Part shown: one piece after another, positions 20,538 through 30,531 of the stretch
How the letters are laid out: each line of letters opens with the position of its first letter
How positions within the stretch are numbered: position 1 is the stretch's first letter
Assembly: GCA_951813565.1 (NCBI GenBank)
Contig: OX638351.1
Location: forward strand, 4,608,001-4,672,000
DNA from: an uncultured Poribacteria bacterium
GTDB lineage: Bacteria > Poribacteria > WGA-4E > WGA-3G
Direction: 5' to 3'
DNA length: 64,000 nt
The notes under the pieces: generated by a model
Databases searched by the model: none
Seen by the model: the letters and a program-made list of their open reading frames with translations, nothing else
Told to the model about the DNA's origin: nothing
Program-made: the position numbers and the translations under genes

Positions 20538-22790
20538 ATGTCTATTTCCGCTATCAGATATAGATTTTTACGACAGACACTTTGGAGAAGTGGGAAAACC
20601 TTATATCTATTTTGGATATGCCTATTGTTTGCTCCACTGGTCGTATATGCCCAAGCCAAACCCTCTCCACCCCGCACCTCGGCACATCGGATTACCCAAA
20701 ATATTGTTATTGATGGACGACTTGACGAACCTGAGTGGAAAAATGTAGAACCGATTCGTCAGTTATTCCAAATCCAACCAAACGAAGGCGAACCGATGAC
20801 GCAACCGTCAGAAGTGCGTATCCTTTATGATGAAAAGAAACTTTATTTTGGATTTATTTTTTTCGATTCAGAAATAGACAAATTAGTTGCCAATGAGATG
20901 CGCCGTGACTCCTCTGGTTTGCGTTCAAATGACTACGGGTTTCTCTTGTTAGACACCTACAATGACCGTCGCAATGCTGTTTTCTTCAGATTTACACCTA
21001 CGGGTGGGATGGAAGACACTGCTGTTTCCAATAGTGGTGACACGCGGAACACGAGCTGGGATATTGTATGGGAATGTCGTTGCACTATCAACACTAATAC
21101 CCCAGCTAATTGGACTGCAGAACTCGCAATACCTTTCAGCCAACTCCGCTTTGAGCGAAGTGATGTGATGACTTGGGGAATTAACTTTGGACGTGAAATC
21201 GCCCGAAATAATGAAATTGGTGCGTGGCATGCAGCACCTAAAACCTACGGCCCGCTTGGAAAATACCGAACAGCCTATTTTGGTACGTTTGAAGGTTTGG
21301 AAGGAATTTCTCCGTCAAAGCATCTTGAAGTTCTACCGTATGCATTGGCAGGTGCAAGTCATACGTCATCAGAAAACGGTATTGAGGGGGTGTTTGAAGG
21401 TGGTCTGGATCTCAAGTATGGCATTACTCCGAATCTGACTGCCGATTTTACTTTTAACACTGATTTCGCGCACGTGGAGGCAGACCAGGAACAGGTAAAC
21501 CTCACCCGTTTTAGCCTCTTTTTTCCGGAGCAGCGCCCGTTTTTCTTGGAAGGTGCCAGTATATTTGATGTCGGAATTCCACGTCCGAGTTTCCGTAGGC
21601 CGCCACCTTTACTCCTATTTTACAGCCGTCGTATCGGACTTTCACAAGGGCGCGCTATTCCTATTCTCGGCGGCGGCAAAATGACCGGGAAAATTGGACC
21701 CTACGGGATTGGGATTTTGAACGTATTGACTAACGAATATAAAAATGAAGAATTTCGTATAGGTCTGCCCCGAGTCGACGAACCGCGCACTAACTACTCG
21801 GTAGCGCGGGTGAACCGAGACATCTTGGAGGGATCGACTATCGGGGCAATTGTTGTCAACAAACAAGATGCTGGTGCATATAACCGCACAACAGGGCTTG
21901 ATTTTTCGTATCGCCCAACGCGAGAGATTTACATCCAAGGGCTGTGGGCGCGTACCTTTGAAGCGGATGTCTCTGGAAATAGCAATGCCTTCTTTTTGGG
22001 CGGCGATTGGCGAGCGAATCTGTTTCGACTCAACGGTTCGTACACAGACATCGGAGAAGATTTTAATCCCGAAGTCGGTTTTGTTCAACGTACGGATGTT
22101 CGTCGCTTTCGCGGCGGTGCCAGTTATACCCCGTGGCCCGGCAAATTTGGTATTCGCGAAATCCAGATTGGACCGGAGATCGATCTTGTTCTGACACAAG
22201 AGAATGAGTTGGAAACCCAAGAGATAACCTTTGACACGCAATTTGAGTTTGAAACTGGGGATGGCATTGGGTTCCAAATCAGGAACACGACAGAAAATCT
22301 TGAACGGGGTTTTTGGATTCAAGGGGTTAGTATACCAGTCGACGATTACATTTTTACTTCGTTTCAGACCTCGCTCCGCAGCAGTAGCAGTCGGGTGATT
22401 GCTGGAGAACTACGCGTGGAATTCGGAGGGTTTTATAACGGCAATAGGCGCAGCTTTGCAATAGACGCTACTCTCAAACCGACCGTGCGACTCAGTATAG
22501 AACCACTATTCGAATTTAACCGCATCAAACTTCCGGACAAGGAATTTGATGCCAATGTTTTTGGTAGTCGTATAGGTTATTCGTTTTCGACTACGTTTTT
22601 CACCAAATTGTTTGCGCAATGGAGTAGCACCAGAGAGATCGTTTCTGCAAACTTTCTACTAAACTATATCTACCGGCCCGGCAGTGATTTTTACCTTGTT
22701 TTCAACCAAAACTATGATACCCATGGCGGAGGCGTAGAACCTCTTGATTGGAGTGTTGTTGTGAAAATGACATATTGGTGGAATCCATAA
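20538..22790 (+). CDS. Carbohydrate-binding family 9 (DOMON-like) + DUF5916 outer-membrane barrel protein
   Basis: Signal peptide, IDGRLDEPEW, WTAELAIPFSQLRF, NTDFAHVEAD..NLTRFSLFFPEQRPFFLEG, terminal KMTYWW. Confidence 0.85.
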   Translation: MSISAIRYRFLRQTLWRSGKTLYLFWICLLFAPLVVYAQAKPSPPRTSAHRITQNIVIDGRLDEPEWKNVEPIRQLFQIQPNEGEPMTQPSEVRILYDEKKLYFGFIFFDSEIDKLVANEMRRDSSGLRSNDYGFLLLDTYNDRRNAVFFRFTPTGGMEDTAVSNSGDTRNTSWDIVWECRCTINTNTPANWTAELAIPFSQLRFERSDVMTWGINFGREIARNNEIGAWHAAPKTYGPLGKYRTAYFGTFEGLEGISPSKHLEVLPYALAGASHTSSENGIEGVFEGGLDLKYGITPNLTADFTFNTDFAHVEADQEQVNLTRFSLFFPEQRPFFLEGASIFDVGIPRPSFRRPPPLLLFYSRRIGLSQGRAIPILGGGKMTGKIGPYGIGILNVLTNEYKNEEFRIGLPRVDEPRTNYSVARVNRDILEGSTIGAIVVNKQDAGAYNRTTGLDFSYRPTREIYIQGLWARTFEADVSGNSNAFFLGGDWRANLFRLNGSYTDIGEDFNPEVGFVQRTDVRRFRGGASYTPWPGKFGIREIQIGPEIDLVLTQENELETQEITFDTQFEFETGDGIGFQIRNTTENLERGFWIQGVSIPVDDYIFTSFQTSLRSSSSRVIAGELRVEFGGFYNGNRRSFAIDATLKPTVRLSIEPLFEFNRIKLPDKEFDANVFGSRIGYSFSTTFFTKLFAQWSSTREIVSANFLLNYIYRPGSDFYLVFNQNYDTHGGGVEPLDWSVVVKMTYWWNP

Positions 22791-22942
22791 CTGTCTAATA
22801 TGATGTGAGTTTGATAAATGCCGTAGTGAAACAACACCGAATGTGTGAATGGCATTTGTCCAAATCAACGCCCAAATGCGCGTATAGCATTTGGCGGATA
22901 TTCTGCATGATTTGACAGGAGCGGTACATAGTGCTACTATGC

Positions 22943-23012
22943 ACATTTCGCCCCGCTGGGCTCGTGTATCTGGGAGTTCCACGTTCTATAGACATTTCGC
23001 CCCGCTGGGGCT
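22943..23012. repeat. Tandem pair of acatttcgccccgctggg palindromic repeats
   Basis: Two 18-nt copies about 49 bp apart; related to the cataccgctccgctggagcgg repeats. Confidence 0.7.
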
Positions 23013-23044
23013 TCAACACACCTAAAAGATCAGATTCATTTCCT

Positions 23045-23186
23045 TATAGTAAAATCTAAAAATACCTGGACATTTTCTTAAGATTTGCGGTGTTTGTAGT
23101 CGCGCAATTCATTGCGCCTTGAACATTTATGGCGTTTTTAAATCCACATAAGAACAAAATGTAAAATAATTATGGGTTTCACTATA
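23045..23186. mobile_element. IS630-like-end MITE
   Basis: tatagtaaaatctaaaaatacctggacatttt ... aaaatgtaaaataattatgggtttcactata; right end resembles the IS630 end at 16886. Confidence 0.75.
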
Positions 23187-23211
23187 AATTGACCCTGATG
23201 GAGTTTTAGAA

Positions 23212-25359
23212 TTACTGTCCCCATGGTCGCGCTTGTTTGATTGAAATCTTACCATCTTGGGTAACCTTGAATTCAATCTCCATAGCAAAATCTTTGGGTT
23301 GCGCTGCGGCACCATACAACTGGCTGAACTTGTTATGTACTGTGCCAAGATATAAATTTAGTTCGCGCAGATATTTGTCCGTCAGTATCCGTTTACTATC
23401 TGTTGTTAGGCTTGAGGTTGACACAACTCTGTAGATACTACTATCCCACCAATCCAGCAAAATCTCCTCTGGCACAGACTGTTCTTCGGGATTTGTCACA
23501 AGGTTCTCGCCTACCTGTGTGTTGAGATAGTAATTTCCTTCAGTCTGATAAACAACATCATCGGTTACAGCAACACCGTTTGCCGATTCGCTTTTAAAAT
23601 TGGGATGGACAAGCACACCCATCGTAGTCGTAAAATGGTCAATACGATAGAAATCTCGTGCCTCAAAAGCCCGGAAATTCCAGAGACTCGCAAAAACCTG
23701 CTTAATAGATTTTGATAGATGTCCTTCATCTGGATTGTGCGTGAAGGAATCGTATAAACCAGCGCCACTGAATCCGGGCAAATCTTCGTTATTCGTGCTG
23801 GAGCGGCATCGGAGAGAGGTTCCTGTTGGAAAAGCTTTCTGTAAGTCCGAAAGCGCAGTCATCATCCACTCTGGCATTTTTCCCATCTCTATTTCTGATC
23901 TAAACTTTTGCAGTTCTGCGTCCTTTGTGTCATGTGAATTCTGAAAATCAGGGTCTTTAAATAATGCCTCAAATTTTTTATAAAAACCGTTATGCTTCAT
24001 GAATTCGTCATAAAAATAGAACGGCACCCCAAATCCATCTGGTACTGTGCCCTCAGGAAATCCAAACGTCCTCAGTGTTGCAACGTTAGCTATTTTAACC
24101 CCGAAGCTGGATGAGTCCTCGAACTTGATTTCGTCGAGTGGCAAGATCTTTTTTACAGAAAGATTACGTTCAGGTTTCTGCGTTTTAGAGGGACGCAAAT
24201 CTGAAAAATGGGTTTCCACCTCTCCGCGTGTCGCTTCCCTAATCTCAAAACCATCAGCGTTTACCTTGTAATAGACATACTTTCCAATAAGTGGTGCGAT
24301 TAATCTGTGTTCCCATGCTTTGGTAATAAACGCGTTTGGAACTTTGTCTTGAATAGCCCGTAAGTTAACATGTGAAAGCGGCGTTTGACGGACACCAGTG
24401 ATTATCCCAGCAACCCGTGACATTTCGTTCGGTAACGTCTTGCAGATGACGATGTCACGTAGCGTTGGACGCTCGTTTGCCTGCAGCACACGTAGCCGAC
24501 CATACGACTCTGCCTGATTCAGCGGAAGATATCCGATATTGGCATAAAGATCATCCTCAAAATACACCGGGAATTCAGCCTTATCGTATAACCTCTTCTC
24601 ACGGTTATAAATACCGATTGCACCCCATAGTGGACAATATCCTAACCTGTTTTTGAGTATCGGCATTTTTGCAACAAGCAGGTCGTGCACAAGTTTAATT
24701 TTTTCAAATGGGAATGCATCGTTTGGATTAAACTCGAATGTGTAAATACCAGGTTCACCATTCGGTGCGGTAAAAAGTGGACGATAGCTGAGCACGCCGC
24801 GCATCTGCTCTTGACCTCTTCCTAAACCAGCAGCCCGCATGAAACTTCCATGGGAACGGTGTGTCTTTGTGTTCATAAAATAAAGTTGTGGGTTTTGTGT
24901 ATGGGTATTTTCAACCTGAATTTTTACAAATTCAATTCCAGCAAGTTGGGTGTCAATACGCACATCTGTACCCTGATATGACAATTTCTTGAAAGTTTCT
25001 CGATCAGGAATTGCAGCCGTTCCATCTTTGAATTTAACCTGTTCTGGGTCAAGGCGCGGCCCTGAAGGTTCTCTTGAACCACGTCCTCTGCTAAATCCAC
25101 CCCTTCCACGGGATTGGTCACGTCGTCCACTGACCATTTCACGAATTTCGCTCTCACTGAATTGGGTACCTCTTCCACTTTCGACCCTCATTACTCTAAC
25201 CATCAGTTCCTTTTCAGAAGTGCTCAGTTCGCCATTCCCATCAAGGTCAAACCGTTTTTCATCTTTTGAGAGTGTTTCTTGCGCCCAAGTGTTTATAACA
25301 ACACCTGACGATAATATCAAAACTAAAATGCATATAATAATGTTGTGTTTGTGTTTCAT
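23212..25359 (-). CDS. Exported PEP/pyruvate-binding (PPDK_N, ATP-grasp-like) domain protein with EF-hand-like loop
   Basis: Signal peptide from ATG 25359; DLDGNGELS; PLSHVNLRA; RCRSSTNNEDLPGFSGAGLYDS; EIEFK..KQARP. Confidence 0.8.
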   Translation of the reverse strand: MKHKHNIIICILVLILSSGVVINTWAQETLSKDEKRFDLDGNGELSTSEKELMVRVMRVESGRGTQFSESEIREMVSGRRDQSRGRGGFSRGRGSREPSGPRLDPEQVKFKDGTAAIPDRETFKKLSYQGTDVRIDTQLAGIEFVKIQVENTHTQNPQLYFMNTKTHRSHGSFMRAAGLGRGQEQMRGVLSYRPLFTAPNGEPGIYTFEFNPNDAFPFEKIKLVHDLLVAKMPILKNRLGYCPLWGAIGIYNREKRLYDKAEFPVYFEDDLYANIGYLPLNQAESYGRLRVLQANERPTLRDIVICKTLPNEMSRVAGIITGVRQTPLSHVNLRAIQDKVPNAFITKAWEHRLIAPLIGKYVYYKVNADGFEIREATRGEVETHFSDLRPSKTQKPERNLSVKKILPLDEIKFEDSSSFGVKIANVATLRTFGFPEGTVPDGFGVPFYFYDEFMKHNGFYKKFEALFKDPDFQNSHDTKDAELQKFRSEIEMGKMPEWMMTALSDLQKAFPTGTSLRCRSSTNNEDLPGFSGAGLYDSFTHNPDEGHLSKSIKQVFASLWNFRAFEARDFYRIDHFTTTMGVLVHPNFKSESANGVAVTDDVVYQTEGNYYLNTQVGENLVTNPEEQSVPEEILLDWWDSSIYRVVSTSSLTTDSKRILTDKYLRELNLYLGTVHNKFSQLYGAAAQPKDFAMEIEFKVTQDGKISIKQARPWGQ

Positions 25360-25587
25360 GGATTTCCTCGTTGCGCATTGGAATTTTGAATACGAATATT
25401 CAATCAAACATTCTATTGTTGTATTAGGCAAATGAGCGCTAAATTTGTTCAGAAAAACATCCTTTTTGCCTTTAAATGTGGACATCTTCGTAGATGAAAC
25501 ATGATTTTCTTTAACGAATTGATGTATTGTGATATGATATGCAGTACATTTAGATTTCAAGAATACGTATGCAAGGAGATATTTATC

Positions 25588-26373
25588 ATGTTCAACTTTA
25601 AAAAATTGAGATATTGGTTCATACTAATACCCCTTTTGACATGTGTCATTAGTTTTCCCAGTATCGCTCAAGATGAACATACTGTTCTTTTGTACACATT
25701 TGAAACCGGTAAAGGAGATACCGTCAAAGACCTTTCTGGCAACGGAAACGATGGTAAACTGATGGGTAGCACAAAGTGGGGTGACGGCAAACCCGGGGGT
25801 GGACTCGTTTTCGGTGGAAACGGACCAAGAGATTTTGTGCAAATTCCTGATAGCGACAGTCTTGATTTAGTTGAAGGACTCACCGTGGAGATGTGGGTTT
25901 TCCTGAATTCTCCGTCAACTGCTGGTCGTACTGGTGCAACTAAAGAGTCTACCTATAAAGTAGGGCCTCGAAGCGATCAAAAAGTCTTATTGCGGATGAC
26001 TACGAGCTCAAAAGCTTGGGGTAGTGCTGTCGTTATCAGTAATACGGTGTTAGCCCTTGACAAATGGATACATATCGCTGGAACTTACGATGCAAAATCT
26101 GGTGAAGGCAAAATTTACATTGATGGTGAAATAGATAACGAAGGTAACATCGGTGGTGATATTGTTCCGAATAACGATGTGTTTTGGCTTGGTCGTGGTG
26201 CTGGCCCGTTCCTTGATGGTCGCATGGACGAGGTGCGAATCTCCAATATCGCTCGCTCACAACAAGAAATACAGCAGTTGATGAAAATCGGAATTACGGG
26301 TGTGCTTTCGGTAACACCACGCGAGAAGTTAGCAACGACGTGGGGACAACTCAAATCGCGTTTTGCGAAGTAG
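25588..26373 (+). CDS. Secreted LamG-like jellyroll protein
   Basis: AAGGAG RBS, signal peptide, DLSGNGNDG, WIHIAGTYD, DEVRIS, C-terminal SVTPREKLATTWGQLK. Confidence 0.88.
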   Translation: MFNFKKLRYWFILIPLLTCVISFPSIAQDEHTVLLYTFETGKGDTVKDLSGNGNDGKLMGSTKWGDGKPGGGLVFGGNGPRDFVQIPDSDSLDLVEGLTVEMWVFLNSPSTAGRTGATKESTYKVGPRSDQKVLLRMTTSSKAWGSAVVISNTVLALDKWIHIAGTYDAKSGEGKIYIDGEIDNEGNIGGDIVPNNDVFWLGRGAGPFLDGRMDEVRISNIARSQQEIQQLMKIGITGVLSVTPREKLATTWGQLKSRFAK

Positions 26374-26421
26374 TGCTGCATACACAAAGCTATCCTAAAA
26401 ACGCCTATAAATATTCCCACA

Positions 26422-27882
26422 ATGGCAAAATCCTTTCAGACTATCAGCAATATAGAGTATCTATTGGATATAGTTGATTATTATCGGGTTATTCGGTCCC
26501 TTAAAAAATGTCTGCTTTCGATCGTCATTCTCTGTTTTCTGGCGATAAACGGAGATTATGCTAAAAACATAGTTGGCGAAACTAAAATGGATAGAAGTCT
26601 TCCGTCCATCTTTCAGGCATGGAACAGTATCGAAAATTTGTCCGATGAGAGTGAGATACAGCGGCTAGCCCGTCATGATCTCGCTTTTGCCCATCCATAC
26701 ACGCTGTTAAAAATTCATTGGGATATTTCTGATATTCAACCTTATTCAGGGTTGGCAACAAATTTGTCCTCAAACTTGTTGAGTACTGCACGCCAAAGAA
26801 AAAAGGAACTTTTATCTTTAAACCCACATCTTTTACTGCTTGTCGAAATTCGCTATAGAGACGCTAAATATATGTCTGCACAGAATGAGGGGAAAGTGAA
26901 AAATTGGTGGGAAGTCGGTTACTATCCGCCAGATTCCCCTTACTGGCTAAAGGATAAGACAGGTAATCCTGTTATTGGGTGGGGTGAAGACACAGATGGT
27001 GATAAGAAAATAGATAAGAATGACGAAATCTTGAATTTTCTCATTGACTTTACCAATCCCAAAGTTCAAGAACTCATAGTTAAACAAGCGGCGTCGTTAA
27101 ATCAGTCTGGACTGTTTAATGGCATCATGCTTGATTGGTGGAGCGAGGACTTTGCGACCAGTCCGATCGGTGTCAATGACTGGTCGGAGACGATTTTAAC
27201 ACCCGAAGCTGAATTAAAAGCGAGATTGTCCATTCTGCGAAAAATAAGAGCACAAGTAGATGACGATTTCTTAATTCTTGTTAATTCAAATATGCGGCAA
27301 ATTCCGAAATCTACGCCTTATGTAAATGGCATTTTCATGGAGTGTTATAAGCAGGACTACGATAAAGGATATAATCTAAATCAAATAAAGCAGATGGAAA
27401 AAACGCTGCTATGGGCAGAAGAACATCTCAGAGAGCCTCGAATCAATTGTTTAGAAGGTTGGCGAACGGTGACAGATTATATGGGGGATGGGAATACTCG
27501 GATAGCAGAAAGGAACAACGAAAGAAATCTACAATGGATGCGCATGATCACAACACTGAGCCTGACACATTCTGACGGTTATGTGCTTTTTGCCGATGAT
27601 AGCGCGATACCGAGTCCAGACCATTTGCACAACTGGTATGGTTTTTGGGACGTTAATTTGGGACGACCAATTCAGAAAAAAGCCGTTGAATACAAAGGTG
27701 TGACAGGACTCTTTGTGCGAGAATTTGAAAAAGGGTGGGCGGTATATAACCGAAACAGCACTAAACAGGATGTTTCTTTCAATGTTTTGGTTAAAGGCGT
27801 TAGCAGTAGTATACTTCACCTTCATCATGAAATACCTGCGTTTGACGGTGACATCTTTCTAAAACAGAATGATGAAAAGTAA
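26422..27882 (+). CDS. Putative glycoside hydrolase-like TIM-barrel protein
   Basis: IDFTNPKVQ, FNGIMLDWW, NGIFME, WDVNLGRP, FVREFEKGWAVYN; start uncertain. Confidence 0.6.
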   Translation: MAKSFQTISNIEYLLDIVDYYRVIRSLKKCLLSIVILCFLAINGDYAKNIVGETKMDRSLPSIFQAWNSIENLSDESEIQRLARHDLAFAHPYTLLKIHWDISDIQPYSGLATNLSSNLLSTARQRKKELLSLNPHLLLLVEIRYRDAKYMSAQNEGKVKNWWEVGYYPPDSPYWLKDKTGNPVIGWGEDTDGDKKIDKNDEILNFLIDFTNPKVQELIVKQAASLNQSGLFNGIMLDWWSEDFATSPIGVNDWSETILTPEAELKARLSILRKIRAQVDDDFLILVNSNMRQIPKSTPYVNGIFMECYKQDYDKGYNLNQIKQMEKTLLWAEEHLREPRINCLEGWRTVTDYMGDGNTRIAERNNERNLQWMRMITTLSLTHSDGYVLFADDSAIPSPDHLHNWYGFWDVNLGRPIQKKAVEYKGVTGLFVREFEKGWAVYNRNSTKQDVSFNVLVKGVSSSILHLHHEIPAFDGDIFLKQNDEK

Positions 27883-27951
27883 TTGTTAAAACCCCTACTG
27901 AAGAAACAGAATATCACATCAGACTCCTATCGGATTAGTATGATATCTCGG

Positions 27952-28836
27952 TCAATACGGTAATTCTATAAACAGTGTTGCCAAAAATTCTTCTGCTATA
28001 TGACGATTGTATACACGCGCTGAAATCACGGAACCGTAAATGTTGCCTACATAGAAAATACCGCTGAGTGTGCCGAATCCCCACCCTTTGACCGACGAAA
28101 GTCCATCTCTACGAAAACCGTCATAAGCTTGCCAGCCTGTTAAACCTACGGTGAGCAGAGAGTTCAGGGCATCGCCAAAACGACCTGTATAGATTCGTCC
28201 AGTTCCTGGCACAATTGAAGAAAAAAAACCTGCTAAAAATGGGCTACGAGTAGGTAGTTTTGCGCCTTGCAGGGCATATTTGCTATACACTGATGCCTTT
28301 TCCCGAACCCCCAATACCTCTGATTTCTGCAATGCATTGAATATCTTTTCCGCTTCAAGCCACTGTTTTTGCTTCAGATAAGAGAGTCCAATCAGTTGCT
28401 GCGATTCGGCATGATAACGGACATCTGTTATGCGGGGTAGGGATGCGTCAAGATATTTTACCGATTTATCAAACTGTTCCATGAGAAAATAGGAAACACC
28501 GATCTGGTAATAAGCACTACTCGCAAATTTGCTATCTGGAGATTCCTGTAGAAACGTCTGAAATATCTGGATAGCCTGTTCAGTTTTACCTCCTAAACGA
28601 TAACAGAGCGCAATTCTATATCGGATTATTTCATTTTCTCGCGGTTTATAAAATAAATAACGTTGATATTCACCCACAGCGCGGAGGAAATCTCCCTGCT
28701 CATATAGAAAATCAGCGAATTTAAGGGTATTTTCTGGACTGTAATAGTCGGGAAATTCATCGGAATTTGCTACGGATAGAAACGCAATATTAAGGAGTAT
28801 TATAAGCAGGAATCCCCACATCTGTTTAGTGGTCAT
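27952..28836 (-). CDS. Exported TPR protein with C-terminal hydrophobic (TM2/DUF5683-like) segment
   Basis: Signal peptide, TPR helices, SPFLAGFFSSIVPGTGRIYTG. Confidence 0.75.
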   Translation of the reverse strand: MTTKQMWGFLLIILLNIAFLSVANSDEFPDYYSPENTLKFADFLYEQGDFLRAVGEYQRYLFYKPRENEIIRYRIALCYRLGGKTEQAIQIFQTFLQESPDSKFASSAYYQIGVSYFLMEQFDKSVKYLDASLPRITDVRYHAESQQLIGLSYLKQKQWLEAEKIFNALQKSEVLGVREKASVYSKYALQGAKLPTRSPFLAGFFSSIVPGTGRIYTGRFGDALNSLLTVGLTGWQAYDGFRRDGLSSVKGWGFGTLSGIFYVGNIYGSVISARVYNRHIAEEFLATLFIELPY

Positions 28837-29266
28837 AATCTGAAATCGGGTCTATGTACTTTCCTGTACTTGGGTCTTTATGGTAGTGTGATGATTTCAC
28901 GCCGTTGCATCGTAGCAACCTGTCAGCAGTAAGAAGTATACCACGTAATACACCGTATTCCTGGATGCATGCCATGCCGAAACGTGAACAGGTGGGTGTA
29001 AAATTGCACGTCGGACCGTCTTGACTTGAGATATATTTCTGATACAGGCGAATTAGACCTGTAGCGGCAAACTTTAACTCCGAAGTTTCCAGAGGATTAA
29101 AGCGGATAACTTCTTGTCGTTTTTCTTTTATGATAGGGTTGACCTCGCGAATAAAGGCGAGGTCGGTCACTTCATCCGCGTAGGAAGACGTGGTGAGGAT
29201 AACAACGACTAAACAGATAGTACAAATAGGCACAAATTTATTACGATAAACAGCATAATTTACCAT
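28826..29266 (-). CDS. yidD: Membrane protein insertion efficiency factor YidD family, with N-terminal hydrophobic extension
   Basis: LIRLYQKYISS..CNFTPTCSRF..G...G.LL..DRLLRCN. Confidence 0.8.
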   Translation of the reverse strand: MVNYAVYRNKFVPICTICLVVVILTTSSYADEVTDLAFIREVNPIIKEKRQEVIRFNPLETSELKFAATGLIRLYQKYISSQDGPTCNFTPTCSRFGMACIQEYGVLRGILLTADRLLRCNGVKSSHYHKDPSTGKYIDPISDYDH

Positions 29267-29979
29267 TTAACCACCTTAACTTTCACGGATTCAGGAATTG
29301 TGAAATTCAGAATTGGGTTTGGCGTTTCAGCGTTCACTTGGGGGTTGCTATAAACAATCTTCTCAAACTTTAACACTTCAGACTTCGCACCATACGTATT
29401 GGATGTAACCTTCATCGGAATATAGTTAGTGCCGATTTTGCTGTGGTTCTGATACAACGATCTGCCAATAATATGTCCCTTAGGGTTCTTCACTTCGGCA
29501 GAGATGAGTTTATCATCGCGCATACCTAAGATGATAGTTCCGAGCTGTTCTTTGGCTTTTTCAGGTGGTTTCCAGTAGGTATAAAGCACTTCTTCTGCAA
29601 CATCATGCTTATCTAAGGTATACCCGATTGCGGTTAATCCATATTCTGCTTGTGTGGTCTGGATGATGGATTCAACGAAGGGCAACGGAATGCGTCCTTC
29701 AGAAATAAAACGAAATGCTTGTTTCTCTTCAGGATAATATATTTCCAACACTTTATCCTTCACAACCATTATCTGCTTAAGCGGTTTTGTGACCTCAACA
29801 ACAACTCGTGCTTTTTTGGCGTCGTAGTGGAGTGTTCCTATGATGTGTTCTGTCTTGTCGTTTTCGGTTAGTTCACGCGTGAAATCTAAAGAGAGCGTTT
29901 TTAACGGTGCTGCTTGCAGTGAGAGTGCTAAAAGAAAATAAAATAAAAACGGTGTTGCGAGCTTAATGTTTTTTGACAT
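29260..29979 (-). CDS. Exported LolA-like protein
   Basis: Signal peptide; SLDFTRE..GTLHY..EVTKPLKQIMV..IYYPEEKQAF; C-terminal FTIPESVKV. Confidence 0.55.
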   Translation of the reverse strand: MSKNIKLATPFLFYFLLALSLQAAPLKTLSLDFTRELTENDKTEHIIGTLHYDAKKARVVVEVTKPLKQIMVVKDKVLEIYYPEEKQAFRFISEGRIPLPFVESIIQTTQAEYGLTAIGYTLDKHDVAEEVLYTYWKPPEKAKEQLGTIILGMRDDKLISAEVKNPKGHIIGRSLYQNHSKIGTNYIPMKVTSNTYGAKSEVLKFEKIVYSNPQVNAETPNPILNFTIPESVKVKVVKW

Positions 29980-30019
29980 CAGTTTTTACAAACGTCAGAA
30001 CGGCAAATATCTAAAGTTA

Positions 30020-30487
30020 TTACTGTGTTGATATTCGTACTGCATCCAACCTTATTCCAACTCCCATTCCAACAGCTATCAACCCAACTGCAGCACCACC
30101 ACTGAGACATCCTGCAGATGACCAACTGGCTTGAACACTTCCTCTTTTTGTTTTGTAGGTTGATGTGTAAACATCTACATATTCTGGCGTTCTTCCAATC
30201 AGTCGCGAAACAGGAGGAGCGGGGCGATAGAAATAGGTTCCAGTAAGACCGACTGGCGGTAAAAGACAGCTGTACCAACCAGGCAAAGGCAAAAATACGA
30301 GTCCGGAAATCAGACAACCCGTACCAAACCATAGCGGTTTATTAACATCTTTATTAGCATCTGCTGTTGCATCTGCTTCAGCTTGTGCCACCACTAAATT
30401 TCGTTGGGCAAGAGCGGCAAAAGGCATACTAAAAGTTAGCAACACAACCCAAAAAACTAAGACTCGAAATATTGAATTTGTTTTCAT
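30020..30487 (-). CDS. Membrane protein, signal-peptide-bearing member of the local paralog family
   Basis: DANKDVNKPLWF...YRPAPPVSRL...EYVDVYTSTYK matches the genes at 32629-34142. Confidence 0.75.
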   Translation of the reverse strand: MKTNSIFRVLVFWVVLLTFSMPFAALAQRNLVVAQAEADATADANKDVNKPLWFGTGCLISGLVFLPLPGWYSCLLPPVGLTGTYFYRPAPPVSRLIGRTPEYVDVYTSTYKTKRGSVQASWSSAGCLSGGAAVGLIAVGMGVGIRLDAVRISTQ

Positions 30488-30531
30488 TTAATGCTCCTTA
30501 AATATAGTGGTTTACAACTTGAATTGTCGAC

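Noticed and set aside
25360..25587. Long N-terminal extensions of ORFs 23212-25560 and 25501-26373
   Set aside because: They overlap head to head; downstream ATGs give signal peptides, and 25588 has an RBS
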